From Candidatus Izemoplasma sp. (GTDB taxonomy: Bacteria > Bacillota_I > Bacilli_A > Izemoplasmatales > Izemoplasmataceae): a stretch of 33,894 bases of DNA. The notes below the pieces were generated by a model, which ran no database searches, had not been told where the DNA came from, and worked only from the letters and a program-made list of their open reading frames with translations. Every line of letters begins with the position of its first letter. Within the stretch, counting starts at the first letter, position 1. A program made the position numbers and the translations under genes. The DNA lies in the NCBI GenBank assembly GCA_029939615.1, contig JAOZSP010000002.1:1-33894 (forward strand), given 5' to 3'. Shown piece after piece: positions 28,054-33,894 of the stretch.

Positions 28054-29151
28054 ATGAAAAAGTATGATGAAAGAGAAACATTGTTTTCTCGTGTATCTTT
28101 AACAAAAGATACTCAACAGTATAAGGAGTTTTATAAGAAGAATAAAGAACTACAAATTACTGATGATTCACAAAGACAGTTTTCCTTTAGAGATGTTTTA
28201 AGAAAAGATGAGTCTTATAAGAATCTCTTTTTTCCTTTAACGAAAAATAATAAATTAATCATTCAAAATCTTTTTGATATGGTTAAGAGGCAACATGTTA
28301 ATCCAAATAGGATTGACATGGATAATGGTTTTTCGGCTAATATAAAGGAAATAGGGAAGTATTATGGTGCTACTTCTGTTGGAATTGCGAGATTGAATGA
28401 TTATTCTTATTATTCTCATTTTGGAGGTCTTAGCAATTCTTTGAATATTGATAATTATGGTGAAGAGATATTACCGAAATATAAAACTGCTATTATTTTC
28501 ACTGTTTTGATGGACAAAGACATGATTAATAGAGCTCCACACTTTGAAGAATTGCTAGCTACAGAAGATGCGTATTTGAAAGTAGCTATAATTGGAAGTA
28601 GATTAGCTATGTACTTAAAAGAACTAGGATACAAATCAATGTTCGATTGTTCAGAGTATTATTTAGCTCCTTTAGTTCCTTTAGCTTATGACGCAGGACT
28701 TGGTGAAATTGGAATGTGTAACCATCTTGTGACAAAAGAGTATGGTAATAATGTTAGATTAGGAGCAGTGTTTACTGACTTAGTAATTGGTTATGATAAA
28801 CCTATTGATTTTGGCTTGAAAGAATTTTGTAAGGAATGCAAATTATGTTTAAGTAATTGTCCTTCTAATGCAATAAACTCTAAAACAAGAGAAGTTAACG
28901 GGAGACAATTTTATGAGTTTGACGATAATAAGTGTTTTGGAATGTGGATTAATTCAGGTACTGATTGTGGAATATGTATTTCATCCTGCCCTTTTACTCA
29001 AGGTGTCGATCAAGTAAAACTTGATCTTATAAAAAAGAGACCAGAGATGATTAAGAAAATTTTGGAAGAACATATTCAAAAATATGGTAGAAGAAACAAC
29101 ACTAAAAACAGTTTAGATATAGTTAAGAGGGGGGCGCGTAATGGAGATTAG
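28054..29151 (+). CDS. Cytoplasmic reductive-dehalogenase-like (cobalamin, 2 x [4Fe-4S]) protein
   Basis: DERETLFSR N-terminus, YYGATSVGIA, LAYDAGLGEIG..LVTKEYGNNVRLGAVFTDL, CKECKLCLSNCP and C-x10-CGICISSCP; no Tat signal. Start may be TTG 28051. Confidence 0.8.
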   Translation: MKKYDERETLFSRVSLTKDTQQYKEFYKKNKELQITDDSQRQFSFRDVLRKDESYKNLFFPLTKNNKLIIQNLFDMVKRQHVNPNRIDMDNGFSANIKEIGKYYGATSVGIARLNDYSYYSHFGGLSNSLNIDNYGEEILPKYKTAIIFTVLMDKDMINRAPHFEELLATEDAYLKVAIIGSRLAMYLKELGYKSMFDCSEYYLAPLVPLAYDAGLGEIGMCNHLVTKEYGNNVRLGAVFTDLVIGYDKPIDFGLKEFCKECKLCLSNCPSNAINSKTREVNGRQFYEFDDNKCFGMWINSGTDCGICISSCPFTQGVDQVKLDLIKKRPEMIKKILEEHIQKYGRRNNTKNSLDIVKRGARNGD

Positions 29152-29383
29152 TATAGATATTCATGGTTTTACTGTAGATGAAGCAAAAAGGGAAATAGAG
29201 AAATTAATCGCTAATTGTGGCGATAATATAAACGGAATCAGAGTAATACACGGGTTTCATAGAGGCAATAATTTACAAAACTTAGTGAGGAATCCAAATG
29301 GGATAAGAAGTAAAAGAATTAATAGACGGAAATATAGTATGAATCAAGGTGAAACAGTTCTTGAATTGTTAGAAAAGGGGTAA
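29141..29383 (+). CDS. Stand-alone Smr-domain protein
   Basis: IDIHGFTVDEA, RVIHGFHRG and NQGETV; overlaps the upstream gene by 11 nt. Confidence 0.85.
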   Translation: MEISIDIHGFTVDEAKREIEKLIANCGDNINGIRVIHGFHRGNNLQNLVRNPNGIRSKRINRRKYSMNQGETVLELLEKG

Positions 29384-29385
29384 TT

Positions 29386-29748
29386 ATGAAAAAAAGTAAT
29401 CCAATATATTTGGTAGTGGTGTTAATAGCTTTGTTTGTTTCGGGAGTGTCAATCTCAATAGTTTTTGTAGGGTTTTCATCCGTGTCAATGGTTTACCCCG
29501 TATTAGTAATAATCGCTATAGTAGTGATTATCTTGCTTTCTGCAAACTATTTATCATCCGGAGCTTTAGAAAAGAGGATGGAAATCTACTTGGAATGCCC
29601 ACATTGTGGGAAAGAGACGGAAGCAAATGGGAAATATTGTAAACATTGTGGAACTAGCTTAGAGTTAGAAGTGATTTGTGAGTATTGTGGACATAGAAAT
29701 AAAATTGATAGAGAAGTTTGTGAAAAATGCAAAGCAAATTTAAAGTGA
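29386..29748 (+). CDS. Two-TM protein with a double zinc ribbon
   Basis: Two hydrophobic helices, then CPHCG..CKHCG..CEYCG..CEKC. Confidence 0.85.
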   Translation: MKKSNPIYLVVVLIALFVSGVSISIVFVGFSSVSMVYPVLVIIAIVVIILLSANYLSSGALEKRMEIYLECPHCGKETEANGKYCKHCGTSLELEVICEYCGHRNKIDREVCEKCKANLK

Positions 29749-29779
29749 GAAAACAACTGACCATGCTGCTTATTAATAG

Positions 29780-30118
29780 ATGAAAAAGCAGATGATAAAA
29801 TTGAATTATAAAAGAAGTATAATAATAGGAGTAATATTAATGATTATATTATGTATTATGATAGTTTTTTCTTATATGTATAATCAAATTATATTGCTAG
29901 TATTATCTGCTATATCATTATTGGTCAATGCAATAATGATGTTAATTATAATGTCAATAGATATGTTCAGAAGAGACAAAATACTAGACATCGAAGCATT
30001 GAAGAAACAAGGATTAACGATTATTTCTTGTAAAGAGTGTGGAAAAGAGAATGTATTAGAGGATATATTTTGTATATTCTGTGGTGATAGACTAGGAGAA
30101 GAAAATGAACAGATATAA
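29780..30118 (+). CDS. Two-TM protein with a single zinc ribbon
   Basis: Two hydrophobic helices, then CKECG..CIFCG; start uncertain. Confidence 0.75.
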   Translation: MKKQMIKLNYKRSIIIGVILMIILCIMIVFSYMYNQIILLVLSAISLLVNAIMMLIIMSIDMFRRDKILDIEALKKQGLTIISCKECGKENVLEDIFCIFCGDRLGEENEQI

Positions 30119-31289
30119 AAGAAATGTAAAATTAGACTATTATCATACGTTTTTCAGGAATTTTAATGTAACACAAGGAATTTGGTTACTCTTTCTTGTG
30201 TCCAAAGGTTTTACACTTTTTGAAATTGGAATATTCGAAGGAATTTTTCATTTGGCAAGTTTATCGATGGAAATACCATCTGGAGTAATTGCAGATCTAT
30301 TCGGAAGAAAGACAAGCAGGGTTTTAGGAATTCTTTCGTATCTTGTATATGTACTAATAATGATATCTAGTACAAATGTAGCATTTATAGCCGTTTCGTT
30401 CATATTCTGCGGAATTTAATTTGCTTTTGAATCGGGTAGTGGTGAGGCATTACTTTATGATTCATTGATTAAAACGGACGATGAGGAAAAATATCTCAAA
30501 ATTACTGGAATAAAAGAAGTTTTATATCAAGCGAGTTCCAGTATTGCCTTACTTGTTGGTGGTTACATTGCAATAGTAAAGTACGAATTAAGTTTTGTAA
30601 TTGTCTTTATTACCTTTGTTGTCGCATTAATCCCTATTTTACTTATGAAGGAAACTATTCAAAAAAGTGAAAGGAAACATAGATCAATAATGGAATTAAT
30701 GAACGAACACTTTTTTGATAGTACAAAATTTATTTTTTCAGATAAAAGGCTAGTATTTTTGATTTTAATCGGATCAATGATGGCTGCTCCTGTAACTACG
30801 CTATTTCTCTATTTTCAAATATACTTAGGTGAGTTGAATTATAGTTTAGGAATGATCGGAATTTTGCTTGGACTTCATTCAATATTTGGAGCGTTAGGTG
30901 GGTTTTTCGCGGAAAAGCTAGAACGAAAATTTAATGAGAAACTTATTTTGTATATTGTACCGGTTCTTATTGTGATTTCTATTTTATTGTTACAATTTGA
31001 CCACATTATCTTTTTACCCTTTATCTTATTGGGATTTCTTGATAGTTTATTTTATATAGTACTTGGATACTACATAAATAAACTGGTTCCATCTGAGAAA
31101 AGGGCTAAAGTATTAAGTTTTAATAGTTTTTGTTTCAGTATTGTTATGATTATTTTATTTCCAATAATTGGAATAATTGGGACGAATGTATCATTAAAAG
31201 TATCGTTTTTTGTACTATCTATAATCATTTCGATTTTCTATATTTTGCTATTAATTGTGCTTAGAAAGATAAAGTATTTCGTCAAGTAA
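30105..31289 (+). pseudogene. MFS transporter with a single in-frame TAA at 30417-30419
   Basis: ORFs 30105 and 30465 share a frame. The gap reads CGI*FAFESGSGEALLYDSL, a typical MFS segment. Motif A-like EIPSGVIADLFGRK; RBS AGGAG. Confidence 0.85.
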
Positions 31290-31452
31290 TTATATGATTA
31301 TTTTTTTGAAAATAGGATAATATATTATAAATATAGTCTACTATTTGATAGAATTGTACTGTAAAGTGTTGCGATTTTTACTGTTTTTCAGAAATGATTT
31401 TATGAAAGAAATTATGTAAATATTAAAAAACTATAATGATTGAAGGTGTATT

Positions 31453-32277
31453 ATGTATAAAATTTTATCGAAGAAGAAACTTAATAATGATGTTGACCTA
31501 ATGATTATTGAAGCCCCTTTAGTTGCTAAAAATACGAAACCAGGGCACTTCATTATTCTAAGAGTAAATGAAGAAGGAGAGAGAATTCCACTTACTATTG
31601 TTGATAGCGATAAGAACAGTGTTACTATCATCTATCAGAAACTTGGTTATTCAACAAACCTATTGGGAACCCTAAGTGAAGGTGACTATATTTTTGACTT
31701 TGTTGGTCCACTTGGAAAAGCTGCTCATATAAGAGATGTCAAGTCTGTAATTGGGATTGCTGGTGGTGTAGGTGCAGCACCTTTATTTCCTCAACTCAAG
31801 GAGTACAAAAGAAGAGGGGTCAATGTTGATTTGGTACTTGGAGGACGATCTAAGGACTATCTGCTGTTGATTGATGAATACAAGGAGTTTTGTGATAATA
31901 TCTATTGCTGTACTGATGATGGTTCGTTTGGATTTAAAGGTTTTGTTACAGAATTTGCGTTAGATTTATATAGAACAAAACGGTATGACCAAGCCATTGC
32001 AATAGGTCCTCTAATTATGATGAAAAATGTAGTTTTGTTAAATGAGAAGTACGATTTACCTACGGATGTATCTTTGAACCCTATTATGATTGACGGAACT
32101 GGGATGTGTGGTAACTGTCGAGTTACTATTCACGGTAAAACCTTTTTCGCGTGTGTTGATGGACCGGATTTTCCTGGTGAAGGTGTGAATTTTGATGAGC
32201 TTATGACAAGACAAAAGTATTATGAAGAAGAAGAGCATATTTGCAATTTGGAGTTGATGATTAATGAAAATTCCTAG
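31453..32277 (+). CDS. nfnA: NfnA/SudB-type FAD and [2Fe-2S] small subunit of electron-bifurcating transhydrogenase
   Basis: GERIPLTI, GPLG, AGGVGAAP and DGTGMCGNCRV..ACVDGPDF. Confidence 0.85.
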   Translation: MYKILSKKKLNNDVDLMIIEAPLVAKNTKPGHFIILRVNEEGERIPLTIVDSDKNSVTIIYQKLGYSTNLLGTLSEGDYIFDFVGPLGKAAHIRDVKSVIGIAGGVGAAPLFPQLKEYKRRGVNVDLVLGGRSKDYLLLIDEYKEFCDNIYCCTDDGSFGFKGFVTEFALDLYRTKRYDQAIAIGPLIMMKNVVLLNEKYDLPTDVSLNPIMIDGTGMCGNCRVTIHGKTFFACVDGPDFPGEGVNFDELMTRQKYYEEEEHICNLELMINENS

Positions 32278-33640
32278 AGTTAAGATGGAACTGTTAGATA
32301 GTTTTACAAGACAATCAAATTTTGAAGAAGTTTCTTGTGGTTTTACGCTTGGCCAATCAAAATTAGAGGCTAGTAGATGCTTAGATTGTAAGAATCCTCG
32401 ATGTGTTACAGCTTGTCCCGTTCATATTAATATACCGTTGTTTATTAAGCAAATTATTACTGATGACATTAATGATGCTTATTTTACGCTGTATAAGGAC
32501 AATATTCTGCCAGCTATTTGTGGTCGAGTTTGTCCACAAGAGAAGCAATGCGAAGGCGCATGTATTGTAGGAATTAAGGGTGAGAGCGTAGCAATTGGAG
32601 CTCTTGAAAGATTTCTTGGAGATCACGCTCTTAAAAATGATGTAAGAGTGAATGATGCTATTATTGAGAATGGAATGAATGTTGCTGTAGTTGGAAGCGG
32701 ACCAGCAGGTCTAGCGAATGCAGCTAGTATGAGGAGATTAGGATATGGGGTAACAATATATGAAGCTCTTCATGAGTTTGGTGGAGTTTTAAAGTATGGT
32801 ATTCCAGATTTTAGGTTACCAAAAGACATCGTAGAAGAAGAAATTAATAGATTAAAAGATATGGGAATAAATTTTCTTAAAAATGTAGTAATTGGAAAGA
32901 CAATCACTATTGATCAATTGTTTAAAGATTATGGATATAAAGCAATCTTCCTTGGAAGTGGAGCTGGTCTCCCTAGTTCTTTACATTTACCAGGTGAAAA
33001 CTATAGTGGAGTGTATTATGCAAATGAGTTTTTGACTCGAGTAAATCTTATGAAATCACGTAATTTCCCACAAAGTCCTACCCCAGTTAGAACAGGTGAT
33101 AATGTTGCGGTGGTCGGTGGAGGAAATGTTGCTATGGATGCTGCAAGAACTGCAAAAAGATTAGGTGCGAAAAATGTCTTTATTCTATATCGTAGAGATA
33201 TGAATAGTTTACCTGCTAGACTTGATGAAGTTCATCATGCAATTGATGAAGGAATTGATTTTAGATTGTTATTAAATCCCGTTGAATTTATTGGGAAAGA
33301 CTACTTAATAAATCGAGTTAAGTGTGAAATAATGGAACTTGGTGAAGAAGATTCTTCGGGAAGAAGACGCCCGATGCCAACTGGAAAATTCAATTATTAT
33401 GATATTGACTCATGTGTAATTTCAATCGGACAAAAACCAAATCCAATCTTGAAAGATTCAACAAAAGATTTAGTAACTGATAAATGGGGAAGAATTGTAG
33501 TTGAAGATTTCCAAACTTCAATTCCAGGTGTTTTCGCTGGAGGAGATGTTGTTAGTGGAGCTGCTACAGTTATTCTTGCAATGGGGGCAGGTAAAGATGC
33601 AAGTCCTTATATGGATAAATATATAAAAAGCAATCTTTAA
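32264..33640 (+). CDS. nfnB: NfnB/SudA (GltD-like) large subunit of electron-bifurcating transhydrogenase
   Basis: RCLDCKNPRCVTACP, CGRVCPQEKQCEGAC, GSGPAG, GGGNVAMDAAR and FAGGD; overlaps nfnA; no gltB in the window. Confidence 0.85.
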   Translation: MKIPRVKMELLDSFTRQSNFEEVSCGFTLGQSKLEASRCLDCKNPRCVTACPVHINIPLFIKQIITDDINDAYFTLYKDNILPAICGRVCPQEKQCEGACIVGIKGESVAIGALERFLGDHALKNDVRVNDAIIENGMNVAVVGSGPAGLANAASMRRLGYGVTIYEALHEFGGVLKYGIPDFRLPKDIVEEEINRLKDMGINFLKNVVIGKTITIDQLFKDYGYKAIFLGSGAGLPSSLHLPGENYSGVYYANEFLTRVNLMKSRNFPQSPTPVRTGDNVAVVGGGNVAMDAARTAKRLGAKNVFILYRRDMNSLPARLDEVHHAIDEGIDFRLLLNPVEFIGKDYLINRVKCEIMELGEEDSSGRRRPMPTGKFNYYDIDSCVISIGQKPNPILKDSTKDLVTDKWGRIVVEDFQTSIPGVFAGGDVVSGAATVILAMGAGKDASPYMDKYIKSNL

Positions 33641-33649
33641 TATAGTTAT

Positions 33650-33678
33650 TTGACTTTTTGACCAAAAAGATGTAAAAT
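33650..33678 (+). promoter_or_regulatory. Probable sigma-A promoter
   Basis: TTGACT, 17 bp, TAAAAT. Confidence 0.6.
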
Positions 33679-33724
33679 TTCCTTAGATGCTTTGACTATC
33701 AAAATAAATTTCAGGAGGAATAGT

Positions 33725-33894
33725 ATGTCAAAAATTGGTCTTTTAGTTTGTGGAAATTCAGGGATAGATTATATCAATCATAAGTATGATCTTTCAGTAA
33801 TAAGATCTATGATTCTTATAGGGGAAGATGAGTATTCTGATTATATAGATATTAAGGCTGGAGATTTTTATAAGATACTAAAGGAAAATCCAGC
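33725..33894 (+). CDS. DegV-family fatty-acid-binding protein, 5' part (runs off the window; not in the ORF track)
   Basis: RBS AGGAGG; MSKIGLLVCGNSGID...ILIGEDEYSDYIDIKAGDFYKILKENP resembles the DegV N-terminal YxDxxDIxxxxFY pattern. Confidence 0.7.
   Translation, partial: MSKIGLLVCGNSGIDYINHKYDLSVIRSMILIGEDEYSDYIDIKAGDFYKILKENP

Noticed and set aside
31290-31452. Rex operator upstream of nfnAB
   Set aside because: I found no convincing TTGTGAA-N4-TTCACAA match, only AT-rich partial resemblance.
1-33894. Genetic code 4 (TGA = Trp) or stop-codon recoding
   Set aside because: Long ORFs are intact under code 11, Trp is TGG, TGA ends genes (26954, 29746), and the interrupting stop in the MFS gene is TAA.

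Overview
A very AT-rich bacterial chromosomal segment. It uses genetic code 11 (TGA as stop, TGG for Trp), Bacillota-type Shine-Dalgarno sites and sigma-A promoters. Gene style suggests a Mollicutes-related, Izemoplasmatales/Acholeplasma-like anaerobe; this is inference only. I saw no rRNA, tRNA, CRISPR array, transposase or prophage gene. In order, the window holds: (1) a promoter, a variant c-di-GMP-I-like (GEMM) riboswitch and a leader terminator ahead of a PDZ-less HtrA-type lipoprotein protease and a ~1200-aa acidic lipoprotein with two kinds of internal repeat; (2) mscL and an Ldh_2 oxidoreductase; (3) a class II Fic gene behind a 3 x 35-bp operator-like array; (4) rhomboid, PAP2, S66 LD-carboxypeptidase, alpha/beta hydrolase and a small Cys-rich membrane protein; (5) CIRCE-controlled htpG; (6) a membrane HD-GYP phosphodiesterase; (7) two tandem MacB-like ABC fusions; (8) an operon of a compact OLD-like ATPase-TOPRIM protein, two LURP-one-like proteins, a methyltransferase and a PD-(D/E)XK-DinG/XPD helicase; (9) a decayed patch (frameshifted phosphotransferase, 2-hydroxyacid dehydrogenase remnant) and a lipoprotein cyclophilin; (10) a Tat-less reductive-dehalogenase-like gene with Smr, zinc-ribbon and nonsense-interrupted MFS genes; (11) nfnAB and the start of a DegV gene. 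The best candidate for an undescribed system is the variant riboswitch-protease-giant repeat lipoprotein module at 31-4631. All calls come from manual motif reading; no database search was run.
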